Below, piece after piece: positions 37,382 through 46,276 of a stretch of 64,000 nucleotides of DNA. Position 1 is the stretch's first letter; each line of letters opens with the position of its first letter. The position numbers were made by a program, and so were the translations under genes. The notes below the pieces were generated by a model that was given only the letters and a program-made list of their open reading frames with translations, had not been told where the DNA came from and did not search any database. This DNA comes from a virus, in the IMG/VR virus record IMGVR_UViG_3300036985_005814, positions 6,328-70,327 of that record; one strand, given 5' to 3'.

Positions 37382-38203
37382 ATGACTCGTCCCATTAGTT
37401 CTGAAGGGGGTGATAAGGATGTAATCCTGTTAAGCAGCAAAGTGTATGACCTACCCACCGACTGTCCCACCCCTTTAGACATGTTAGATTCAAAGACAAA
37501 GCGCAAAGCTCGCCGTGCTGAAAGTGCCCAGATGTTAGAGCATTCCTACTCGAAAGGAATGGATGTTATGCCCCCCAAGTTTCTAACTTGGCGGCAAGAA
37601 GATCTGTGGAACACCCTTAAGAAGAACACCGTCACAGTCGCCCACGGTTGCGCCGGTACTGGGAAAACGCTGATAGCGTTGCACTACGGGTTGTTTGGTG
37701 TTGCCTCTGGCGACTTCGACAAGATTTACTACGTCCGGAGTGACGTAGGTGTCGAATTCCAACGCGGACGCGGAGCACTCCCTGGAGACCTTTCCGAAAA
37801 GATCGCACCCCTGATTGCGCCTGTTCTTGACAACTTGCCCTGCATCATGAAGTCGCATGGCGCAAGTGAGTATCTGCTGAACAAGAAAATTATCGAGCCG
37901 GTTCTGCTGGAAGACATCCGCGGACGGTCGCTCAACGAGTCGTTCATTATTGTTGATGAAGCTCAAAATTTCCTCCCCTCGCAAATCAAAACGGTTCTGA
38001 CTCGTGTCGGAAAGGATTCGAAGATCCTCCTGATCGGTGACACGAAACAGACTGATATGGAAGTTTTCCGGAGGGAAAATGGCCTGGTTGATGCTATTCA
38101 TCGCCTGCGCCACCTGTCGGAAGTTGGTATCGTAGAGTTCTCGAAAGAGGACATCGTTCGCAACTCCGTCATCGCTCACATCTTGGACCGTTACGAAGAC
38201 TGA
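37382..38203 (+). CDS. phoH: PhoH-family ATPase
   Basis: GCAGTGKT, GALPGDLSEK, RGRSL, IIVDEAQN, LTRVG, IGDTKQTD, DIVRN. Confidence 0.93.
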   Translation: MTRPISSEGGDKDVILLSSKVYDLPTDCPTPLDMLDSKTKRKARRAESAQMLEHSYSKGMDVMPPKFLTWRQEDLWNTLKKNTVTVAHGCAGTGKTLIALHYGLFGVASGDFDKIYYVRSDVGVEFQRGRGALPGDLSEKIAPLIAPVLDNLPCIMKSHGASEYLLNKKIIEPVLLEDIRGRSLNESFIIVDEAQNFLPSQIKTVLTRVGKDSKILLIGDTKQTDMEVFRRENGLVDAIHRLRHLSEVGIVEFSKEDIVRNSVIAHILDRYED

Positions 38204-38208
38204 TTGCA

Positions 38209-40035
38209 ATGGGAAGTAAGTACCGCTGGTTTGATTTTGCAGACTCCCGCAATCTGCAAGGGGATGATGCAAAAGTAGAGCGTCTTGGGCAAAGACAAGG
38301 GCTTACAGGCGCATCCTCGCCTTTGCCGGGCAAACCAGCGACTTCTCCCAGATCAAGTAAATCTAACACAGTTCAAGGAGAGAACAGAACTCACACCTCT
38401 GGAGAGATTTTAAGAGCGAAAGAAAATCTTTCTGGTTCTGGTACAAAAAAGTGTGAAAAAGGCAAATCTTGCAACGCCACTTGCATATTTAGGGGTGACG
38501 ATTGTATTTCTCTACTAAGCCCAGATTTGCAGGGGGCTCTAGCGGATGTAAGGGATATGCTCATGGAGCGTGTCGCTTCTGGAAAAATGACGCAAGAAGA
38601 AGCAGAAGGTTACTTCAAAAGGTTGGCTCAAGATAAATCCAAGAAGAAAGAAGGTGAGGATGAGGAGGATGAAGATGAAGACACAGGTGACAAGGAAGCT
38701 GGATTCCCTAAAGCTAGAATTAAAGAGTTTCGTAATGCGGTGGAGTCTTTACGAGCCAAAAACACCAAAAATGGAGTTTTAGACAATGAAACTTACCAAA
38801 AACAACTCGACAATGTTGTTGAGCTAGCAGTTGCCGCCTCTTTTACAGACAGAGAGAAGAAAATTCCCATCTCTCCGGATGAAGCTGAAGCTATTCAAAA
38901 ACGGTACAAACAGCTTGAAGCTTACGACAAACTCTCGAAAGAGGTTGAAAGTCGCAAAAAGGAGGGCAATCCAATGTCTCCCGAAGAACTCGGAGAGAAA
39001 CTGCGTCCTCTAGCAGAAGCGCGAAGAAAACCAGTGAGCGAAGAAGAAGTGGCTTTGTTTATAGCTATGCTACCTGAGTCTGAAAGAAAATACCTTCAAA
39101 AAGCTGGGGCCTTAGACAAGAAGGAAACGGCAGGTCGTTTCTCAGAGGACTCCAAGTCAGATTCCTTACCGGAAAATTATGGTCCCTTGAAAGACCAAGG
39201 TTCAACCTACGGTAATAATCGCTTGAAAATGTTGGCTCGAATTTACCTGGAAGAGGATGGCAGAGACTTTGCTTCTGGCCTAAGAGTACCAATTACACAC
39301 TGCGACTTGGAGCACACTGTTGCTGAAGAAACGGCAGGAAAAGCCGCTGAGCAAGGCTTGAACTACTCCTTCATGAAAACCGGACTCAACGTTGGTAGAG
39401 GCAACACTCCTCACTTGGCCTGGTGGGCAGCCCGTTCCAGAGAGCATGGTTACAAATTTGATGAAAACGGCAATTTGCTGCCAGAAAGCAGAGCAAAAGT
39501 GCAAGCCAATTTTGACAAAGTGATGCGTCAGATTGAATTTAAGAACCGGGTCGAAATGGAAGCTGCAAGAGCCAAAAATGCTGACATGCTTAGAGAGCTT
39601 TATAAACAGGCGCAAGCAGAAGAAGATACAGACTTGAAGAAGAAACTGTTCACCAAAATCATCGCTTATAACCTGGGAACCTCTGAGACCGTTGGCGGGG
39701 GCATTCAAAGTCACGGGCGAGGAGACAAGAGGTGGTACTGGCTGGGCAAGGACACCAATCAAGGGGATAAAGTTAGCAGCCGTATGATAGAAAAACTGAT
39801 TTCTCTGTACGAGGCGGGTGACACAGAAGGCATTGCCAAATTCCGGTCTATTTTAGGCCAAGCTTCTGAGAGAGTTAAAGCAGAAGTAAAACAAAGAGTT
39901 ACACCCGATGCGGCGGATATAGATCCTTCAACAGGCGAACTGTTCGTTCGTGTCAAAGGAGATCGAGGGAAGCAAGTTCGAGACATCGTTACCGAAGTCC
40001 GAGACCAAGTTCTTGATGAAATTCTCTCAATTTGA
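38209..40035 (+). CDS. putative virion cargo protein: Cys4 domain plus HNH-like domain
   Basis: KKCEKGKSCNATCI...C; DLEHTV...NYSF...LNVGRG. Confidence 0.55.
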   Translation: MGSKYRWFDFADSRNLQGDDAKVERLGQRQGLTGASSPLPGKPATSPRSSKSNTVQGENRTHTSGEILRAKENLSGSGTKKCEKGKSCNATCIFRGDDCISLLSPDLQGALADVRDMLMERVASGKMTQEEAEGYFKRLAQDKSKKKEGEDEEDEDEDTGDKEAGFPKARIKEFRNAVESLRAKNTKNGVLDNETYQKQLDNVVELAVAASFTDREKKIPISPDEAEAIQKRYKQLEAYDKLSKEVESRKKEGNPMSPEELGEKLRPLAEARRKPVSEEEVALFIAMLPESERKYLQKAGALDKKETAGRFSEDSKSDSLPENYGPLKDQGSTYGNNRLKMLARIYLEEDGRDFASGLRVPITHCDLEHTVAEETAGKAAEQGLNYSFMKTGLNVGRGNTPHLAWWAARSREHGYKFDENGNLLPESRAKVQANFDKVMRQIEFKNRVEMEAARAKNADMLRELYKQAQAEEDTDLKKKLFTKIIAYNLGTSETVGGGIQSHGRGDKRWYWLGKDTNQGDKVSSRMIEKLISLYEAGDTEGIAKFRSILGQASERVKAEVKQRVTPDAADIDPSTGELFVRVKGDRGKQVRDIVTEVRDQVLDEILSI

Positions 40036-40078
40036 ATACCCTGTGTTGGGGTAAAATAAGTCAAAGCGTCATTTAGCA

Positions 40079-41221
40079 ATGAACGGCCATTTTTCCGAAA
40101 AAGCTCTTCAACAATTTGCCGAAATGGCGGCTCAGAGTCAATACGTGGAGTTCTCAGAGGAGGGAACTTACGATTTCACTCGTTGTGTGAGACCTAACGG
40201 CACTGCGTATGGTACTGGCGGTAAATGCCGGAAAGGGACTGAAGCAGCAGGGGTTGAAAAAACACCCTCAACCCGTTCCTCGGGTTCTACAACATTCCCT
40301 GAATCGAAAGCTCGGGAAATTGCTTCCGCTCTTGCGGAAAAACACAAAGATAACAACTATCACGTTGTTAAATCGGGAGACGGTCACAAGGTAGCCCACA
40401 CATACTACAGTAACAGTCAAGTTAATAATCAGGTTAAAAACCATCTGCAAGAAAAATCAACCGGCGGTCAGACGAAGGCTCAATCCTCAGGAATGACTGA
40501 AGAAAAAGCCAAACAGATTGCTGCGGAGCTGGCAAAAGAAAAGCGGGACAATAACTATCAAGTTGTTAAATCAGGGGCTGGATACAAGGTTATTCACGCG
40601 TATGAAGACGACGCCGTTGTTGAAAAACAAGTTAAGAGTCGTCTAAAAGGAACTGAGCAGGCGGCAAGACTTGAAAAGGAAATTCCCGGAATTGGAGGTA
40701 ATTTTCACGTTCCCGGAAGGGCAAAATCAGAAAGCCCGGTGGAGGAAAAGGCAAGGATCGCTGAAGTTGCAAAACGCCAAAGCTCCGCGAAAGCTAGAAA
40801 AGAAAGTCTTCGGAAATTTGACGAAAGTGTTGAGACGATGGCAGGGCAGCATTCAAAGATGACTAACCGTAATGCCGATGACACAAAAGACGACCTGAGG
40901 ACAGCTCACTCTGCCGGCAGAGGTTCAAAAACTTCGAAGTTAATCGAGAGTGGTAACCTAAGTGCTGTTGTTCAACATGCACAAGAAGTAACCAAAGGCG
41001 GAATAGAAGCACACATCAAATCTAGAGTGCAAGAACAAAGGGAAAGGCAAAAAACCGAAGACAAGCAAAGAATTCAGGCGTTGAAAGAAAGCGGGGCAAC
41101 TCCTGAGGAAATGGCAAGGTCTAAGTCAGACGCTCAGTTCTATAACAAGAGAGAACTGAAGAGAACAAAAGTCCAAGCAGAGTCTGAATTTAACGCCCTA
41201 CTAAGATTAGCTCGTCCTTGA
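40079..41221 (+). CDS. putative internal head protein with shared leader
   Basis: GHFSEKALQQF leader; YDFTRCVRPNGTAYGTGGKCRKG; internal duplicated 35-aa unit. Confidence 0.6.
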   Translation: MNGHFSEKALQQFAEMAAQSQYVEFSEEGTYDFTRCVRPNGTAYGTGGKCRKGTEAAGVEKTPSTRSSGSTTFPESKAREIASALAEKHKDNNYHVVKSGDGHKVAHTYYSNSQVNNQVKNHLQEKSTGGQTKAQSSGMTEEKAKQIAAELAKEKRDNNYQVVKSGAGYKVIHAYEDDAVVEKQVKSRLKGTEQAARLEKEIPGIGGNFHVPGRAKSESPVEEKARIAEVAKRQSSAKARKESLRKFDESVETMAGQHSKMTNRNADDTKDDLRTAHSAGRGSKTSKLIESGNLSAVVQHAQEVTKGGIEAHIKSRVQEQRERQKTEDKQRIQALKESGATPEEMARSKSDAQFYNKRELKRTKVQAESEFNALLRLARP

Positions 41222-41240
41222 GCGAGAGTGATAACTAACA

Positions 41241-41573
41241 ATGCGCAAAGACACACGATTCAATCGCCCCGAGCGGCACGAAATTGAAGCCAAACTCAAA
41301 CCTGGAACTTTGGCCGACGCTCAAGCACTCGGGGTGTGGAATATGATGCTGCAGGCAGACGACCCGTCGGAAGTTTGCCGCTGGTATCGTTCCTACCGTG
41401 ATAGCGATCATTGCACTCTGCCGCGTCAGCAGCTTCGCGATATGCGTGACACAATGATTCAGTCGATGCGCGAAACAAATCGCCAAGATTCAAACCCCCG
41501 CAAAGAAAAGCGAAAGGGAGTACACTACGACGAGCACAACGACGGTCGCATTCGCCCACGATCTGGAGCCTGA
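41241..41573 (+). CDS. hypothetical protein
   Basis: 110-aa ORF. Confidence 0.6.
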   Translation: MRKDTRFNRPERHEIEAKLKPGTLADAQALGVWNMMLQADDPSEVCRWYRSYRDSDHCTLPRQQLRDMRDTMIQSMRETNRQDSNPRKEKRKGVHYDEHNDGRIRPRSGA

Positions 41574-41574
41574 C

Positions 41575-42021
41575 ATGAACGCACTCGAAGAAATTTCGCA
41601 ACACAGGATCCCCTGCGGACCGATGACTGTGGCGGCCACTGGCGTTTGCAGACGGCGCCTAAAGGACAGCTACGACCAGCTTCTTGATCGTCTGACAAAA
41701 GAAATTCACCAGGAATACACTCCACCCGAGCTTCCGAAAGATCACGAGTTTGACAAAGACGGGACTCTCATTCACAAGGATGAACTTGCCAAGCGGGAGA
41801 AGACGGTCAAGTCAATGCAGAAGGGCAAGGAAAAGGCGAAGAAAGAGCGCGAGAAGAATGCCCCCCACTCCCCTGAAATTCTTGAGTCCAAGAAAGAGAA
41901 GCTTCTGCAGGAAGGTATGATGAAGGCAGACGTGAAGAAACAAGTGAAAGAATACGAGGAGAAACTCATGGGAAATAGCAAGATGCTGCAAGACACCTCC
42001 GGGAAGATTAAGAAGCGTTGA
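41575..42021 (+). CDS. hypothetical Lys/Glu-rich protein
   Basis: 148-aa ORF. Confidence 0.6.
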   Translation: MNALEEISQHRIPCGPMTVAATGVCRRRLKDSYDQLLDRLTKEIHQEYTPPELPKDHEFDKDGTLIHKDELAKREKTVKSMQKGKEKAKKEREKNAPHSPEILESKKEKLLQEGMMKADVKKQVKEYEEKLMGNSKMLQDTSGKIKKR

Positions 42022-42058
42022 GCGGGTAAAATAATCAAAGTTCCAGTACAACTAACAA

Positions 42059-42418
42059 ATGACCAACAGAATTGGTGGCGATTTCGACATGGACGCCGTT
42101 GAAGCATTTCGCGCCGCGTATGCCGCTCAACTGATGACCCCGGAAGACCAGGATATGGACGCCCGCACCGGTCTCCCCACTGGCGAAATCTCAAACACTT
42201 CCCCTTGGATTGAACACACTGGCCTTTGGCGCTATCCCAGCGGAAAAGGTCCGGACGACGACCTCAAGCAACCTTTCGTACCTGAGCAGTACTACGAGGA
42301 AGATGAGGAAGAGGATGAAAATCCAAGCGACGATGAGATCGACACTCTTATTGACGAAATTCTTGACGAAATTAGAGCAGAGGACGACAATGGGTTTGAT
42401 AACGAAGACGACGAGTAA
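42059..42418 (+). CDS. acidic protein with shared leader
   Basis: GGDFDMDAVEAFRAAYA leader; own GGGTAAAA. Confidence 0.6.
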   Translation: MTNRIGGDFDMDAVEAFRAAYAAQLMTPEDQDMDARTGLPTGEISNTSPWIEHTGLWRYPSGKGPDDDLKQPFVPEQYYEEDEEEDENPSDDEIDTLIDEILDEIRAEDDNGFDNEDDE

Positions 42419-42710
42419 TTTCAACGAGCGGCGTTTCCTGATTCGCAGCCTGGTTGCCATCTTTGTCATTCAATTCCTTTCAACAGGAGCTCAATTTGCG
42501 AATTGTTTCCGCCTTACACACGGGTCTGGTGACGCAGAAAAAGCAGCTCTTATCTGCGGTCAAGCCAACGCAAGTTTTTCCGAGACAGGAAAGCTCGCTC
42601 TGACAACTTTACTGGCGCTCTTAGTACCTGCTGCGTCAGCTGGTGCTATGATCCCGGTTGAAACACCAGTCAGAAAACGGAAGAGCACAGACGACCCTGA
42701 AGTTCCGTGA
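42390..42710 (+). CDS. small membrane protein (holin-like candidate)
   Basis: Two hydrophobic segments and a basic tail; probable ATG at 42390. Confidence 0.45.
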   Translation: MGLITKTTSNFNERRFLIRSLVAIFVIQFLSTGAQFANCFRLTHGSGDAEKAALICGQANASFSETGKLALTTLLALLVPAASAGAMIPVETPVRKRKSTDDPEVP

Positions 42711-42747
42711 CTCAAGGGTAAAAAGTAGGTATTGCCACTACCCCTCT

Positions 42748-43455
42748 ATGTACGGATCTCGTCTCGACTTCTCCGACGTTTCGCTTCCTGGCGTGGGCGG
42801 TAACATTAACGCCTCGAATGCGATTAGCGTGGACAGGTTGAAAGAAATGAACGCCTCGGGCAAGAAGTGGGCCCCGGACATCACTGGTGGGATGTCTCAC
42901 CACAACGAAAACGTTCTGAAAATGAACGCTGCCAATCGCGAAAAGCGTGCCAGTCTCGTCAATCGGGACTACAACGAAAACTGCGATGGCAACAAAGCCA
43001 TGAAAGAGATTTTCGACCGCAAAAAATCTCGGATGGCTTCCTTTAAGGAAATGAAGAAGGCTGAGTATGGCTTCGCCGAGGGCGATTCTCAGGACACCGA
43101 ACTTCTCTCGATGCCGCTACCTTTCGCAATGGCCGAGTGCGAATGCGGCGGATCTTGCCCCACTTGCCGTGAGAAAAAGCGCAAAGAAACTGAGTATCGC
43201 GAGTGGAGCACCGAGAAGCGCAAAGAGCTGAAAGCCGGTTCGGTCAAAGGTGAGTTTGCCGGCCCTGACATGTCGTTCCCAATCTCGAGCCCGGAAGACG
43301 TTGCTGCTGCCTGGTCTTCTGTGGGCAGAGGGCAAAATCCTCGCAAAATCATGGCTAACATCATTCGTATCGCGAAGAAACACGGCTGGGAGTCGGGTTT
43401 ACCGCAATCCGTGAAAGACCGGTTAGCTTCAGGTCAATCAGGTCTGCCGGAGTAG
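42748..43455 (+). CDS. putative internal head protein
   Basis: ATG 32 nt after GGGTAAAA; C-terminal FAGPDMSFPI...DVAAAW...IIRIAKKHG domain; several [FY]xE sites. Confidence 0.6.
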   Translation: MYGSRLDFSDVSLPGVGGNINASNAISVDRLKEMNASGKKWAPDITGGMSHHNENVLKMNAANREKRASLVNRDYNENCDGNKAMKEIFDRKKSRMASFKEMKKAEYGFAEGDSQDTELLSMPLPFAMAECECGGSCPTCREKKRKETEYREWSTEKRKELKAGSVKGEFAGPDMSFPISSPEDVAAAWSSVGRGQNPRKIMANIIRIAKKHGWESGLPQSVKDRLASGQSGLPE

Positions 43456-43456
43456 T

Positions 43457-43723
43457 ATGGAACCCATAGCTATTGTAAGTTTTCTAGCGTCTGTTGTCAC
43501 GACTGTTACCGGAATTGGGTGGGTTCTCGAACGAAACGGGAAGCGAATCGACGACCGGTTCGGAACGATTATCCGTCATATGGAAAAGATGGAAATGGTT
43601 CTTGACAACTTACGGACGGACCTGCCGATCAAGTACACTCTTCGAGAGGACCACCTCCGGTTATCCGAAAAAGTCGAGGATATCCAGAAAGAACTCATCA
43701 TCTGGAAGAGCACGGAGGGGTGA
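43457..43723 (+). CDS. single-TM coiled-coil protein (holin-like candidate)
   Basis: N-terminal hydrophobic helix followed by a heptad region. Confidence 0.55.
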   Translation: MEPIAIVSFLASVVTTVTGIGWVLERNGKRIDDRFGTIIRHMEKMEMVLDNLRTDLPIKYTLREDHLRLSEKVEDIQKELIIWKSTEG

Positions 43724-43724
43724 A

Positions 43725-44276
43725 ATGAACTTTAAAGATTTTGACTGGAGCCGCCTAGACGGGCTAGGTTTCAAAGAAAGCACAAAAGACGACCTCAAGG
43801 ACGCTTGCTGGAAAGGCTACAAAGCGTACGGGCTCAAACCAAAAGGCGGGAGAATGGTCCCGAACTGCGTCAAGATCGACAGCAAACACAGCGAAGGCGA
43901 CATCGCCACCGCTGAAATGACTCCCAACTACCTACCCAAAGAACCCGGTGAAGGCGACGAGAAGAACCCCCAGATGACAGAGGGAATTCGCATGCCTCGC
44001 ATGGAAGAAATCAAGAAAGCAGCAAACAAAAACGGTCAACTCGCAATGCACGCTTCTGTGAACAACTCATCTTACTCCGAAATTCTCCAGTCCACTGAAA
44101 ATAATGGCGGGATGATTATCACGCAACTTCGTGTCGCTCAAGAGAAGATCGAAATAATGCTCGATATGCTCGACGAAGAAGACAACCTTCCGCCTTGGGC
44201 AGCAACTAAGATCGCAAACGCTGGCGTTGCCCTGGCAAGCGTCGGTGACTACATTCGCTTCGGTGAGGAAGGCTAA
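43725..44276 (+). CDS. putative internal head protein
   Basis: ACWKGY...GGRMVPNCVK and GMIITQL...NLPPWAATKI...DY modules, recalled from large-phage small proteins. Confidence 0.6.
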   Translation: MNFKDFDWSRLDGLGFKESTKDDLKDACWKGYKAYGLKPKGGRMVPNCVKIDSKHSEGDIATAEMTPNYLPKEPGEGDEKNPQMTEGIRMPRMEEIKKAANKNGQLAMHASVNNSSYSEILQSTENNGGMIITQLRVAQEKIEIMLDMLDEEDNLPPWAATKIANAGVALASVGDYIRFGEEG

Positions 44277-44602
44277 TGTGGGGCTCTTTCTCTGACGAAA
44301 TTCTCGAGCAGTTTTACAGGGATTACGCTGAGAAAGCAAATTTAGCCTGCAACAAACCGCAGGCGGACACTCAAGGCGGACACAGCCACGTTGTGAAAGC
44401 GTGCTACGGCGGTCAAGAAAAGTTGATTCGTTTTGGTCAAGCTGGCGTCAAAGGGTCCCCCAAGAAAGAAGGCGAGTCGGAGTCCTACAGAAAACGCCGC
44501 GAAGCCTTCAAAGCCCGGCACGCAAAAAACATCGCGAAGGGTCCTTCCTCGGCCGCATATTGGGCAGACAAGTGGAAATGGGCTGAGCAAAATCAATGTT
44601 AA
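44276..44602 (+). CDS. putative internal head protein with shared leader
   Basis: MWGSFSDEILEQFYRDYAE then KLIRFGQ...RREAFKARH...SAAYWA. Confidence 0.65.
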   Translation: MWGSFSDEILEQFYRDYAEKANLACNKPQADTQGGHSHVVKACYGGQEKLIRFGQAGVKGSPKKEGESESYRKRREAFKARHAKNIAKGPSSAAYWADKWKWAEQNQC

Positions 44603-44617
44603 ATATCCCCTAGAACC

Positions 44618-45283
44618 ATGAAACATCGGCACCATTTAATTCCAAAACACAGAGGGGGGAACAATGACGAGTCAAATTTAACACAACCTATACACCCTAC
44701 AAAGTGTTTAGACGGGTGGTCCTCCCACGCTTTGTTTCATTACTGCGAGTGGAAGTTATGGGGGAAAAATCAAGATTACCTTGCCTGGAAGGGTCTATCA
44801 GGATTTCTGGGGAAAGAGGATATTATTGACACACTTATGGAAGAAGGAAGGAAAAAGGGGAGGGAAACAAACAAAAAGACAACTAGAAAAATGATCTTGG
44901 AAGGGAGTTTTATCCTCCTTCAGCCGGATGTGAGAAATAAAGCGATAGCGGCATCACAGAAGTCTCAAAGAAAACTGATAGATCAAGGTTTACACGCTCT
45001 TCAGAATCCCGAGATGAGGGCACGTAAAGCAGCGGAAGACAGTAAAAGGAGGAAAGAAGAGTTTGAGCTAGGAATAGCCTCTCTTCAACGACCTGAAGTT
45101 GTAGCCAGACAAAAAGAAAAAAGTTCTCGATCTAGATCTTGTCAAAACTCCACAAAAATAACTTGCCCCCACTGCGGAAAAACCGGGGGTCACACAAATA
45201 TGAAAAGATATCACTTCGACAACTGTAAATTCAAGGGTAAAACCACGGAAACGGGAGTTTTGAATGTGGGGATCGTTCTCTGA
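44618..45283 (+). CDS. free-standing HNH endonuclease
   Basis: HRHHLIPKHRGGNNDESNL...HALFH; C-terminal CPHCGK...YHFDNCK. Confidence 0.85.
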   Translation: MKHRHHLIPKHRGGNNDESNLTQPIHPTKCLDGWSSHALFHYCEWKLWGKNQDYLAWKGLSGFLGKEDIIDTLMEEGRKKGRETNKKTTRKMILEGSFILLQPDVRNKAIAASQKSQRKLIDQGLHALQNPEMRARKAAEDSKRRKEEFELGIASLQRPEVVARQKEKSSRSRSCQNSTKITCPHCGKTGGHTNMKRYHFDNCKFKGKTTETGVLNVGIVL

Positions 45284-45728
45284 AGAGCTGCTCAACCAAT
45301 TTAAGCACGATTACACTGAGCGTAACCAGACACAAAAGGATTGTGAGCCGGGGGAGAGGGTTGTATTTGGCAGATGTGCGAAAGGGGATAATATAGGCGA
45401 TAAAAAAATTGATGAGATTCAGAAAAAGGCTAGAGAGCCTGGGGCCGAGGGAGTAAGTAACGACAAAGGCCCCCTCATAGTGAAAGGCCGGAAAATGGGG
45501 TGGGCTATCAAAGATGGTAAACCCGTTTTAGTTGACTATGGCTCAGTCGCAGGTGAGAAGAAAGTGGGGCCGAAACCCCCGAAACCAAGTCAATCACCCC
45601 GCCCAAAAAACGTTCAACCCCCGGCTCCCGCTCAATCAGCGGCAGCTTTAGCGAATCCCAACGCCAGCGGTTCGGCTCGGCAACAGGCCATCAACCAAAT
45701 TGGCCGTAAAACCCTTGAAAACACTTGA
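45264..45728 (+). CDS. putative internal head protein with shared leader
   Basis: MWGSFSEELLNQFKHDYTE leader; own GGGTAAAA. Confidence 0.65.
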   Translation: MWGSFSEELLNQFKHDYTERNQTQKDCEPGERVVFGRCAKGDNIGDKKIDEIQKKAREPGAEGVSNDKGPLIVKGRKMGWAIKDGKPVLVDYGSVAGEKKVGPKPPKPSQSPRPKNVQPPAPAQSAAALANPNASGSARQQAINQIGRKTLENT

Positions 45729-45763
45729 TAGGGTAAAAGTATCTATAAAGTCTCCGTCCCGAC

Positions 45764-46276
45764 ATGCGGAAAGATTCAATTTCTGACAAGGCTATTGAAC
45801 AAGCCTACTTGATTTACTCAGAGCGGGGACATCAGATCCTCGATTACTCTCACACACCCACAGATTACGCTCGCGGCACAGTGATGGAGCCCGAGAACAC
45901 GTCTGTGATCAACTCCCGTTTCGGTGAGCTTCTGCCGGAAAGCATTCGTGACGGCGGGGAGTACGACAGCATTTCTGAACAAGAAAATTCCCTTAATCTG
46001 CGCATCGACTCTCTGCAAAACGAGATGCGTACTTCACGCATGCGTGGCAATTTCAAAGGGCTGCAAGCTCAGATGAAAGAAATGCACAACCTGATCAAAG
46101 CGAAAGAAGCTCTCGATGCGAAACTCGCAACTCTTGATCTTGGCCGCAAACAAATGGACGATTACGATCGAACAATGAATCAGGACGACTCCTACTCCGA
46201 ACAGATTCAGTCCGTCGGTTCTCGCATCGCTGAACTCGAAGCCAAACTGCAAGAGTACCGGGAGAGCACAAAGTGA
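45764..46276 (+). CDS. coiled-coil protein with shared leader
   Basis: DSISDKAIEQAYLIYSE leader; own GGGTAAAA. Confidence 0.6.
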   Translation: MRKDSISDKAIEQAYLIYSERGHQILDYSHTPTDYARGTVMEPENTSVINSRFGELLPESIRDGGEYDSISEQENSLNLRIDSLQNEMRTSRMRGNFKGLQAQMKEMHNLIKAKEALDAKLATLDLGRKQMDDYDRTMNQDDSYSEQIQSVGSRIAELEAKLQEYRESTK

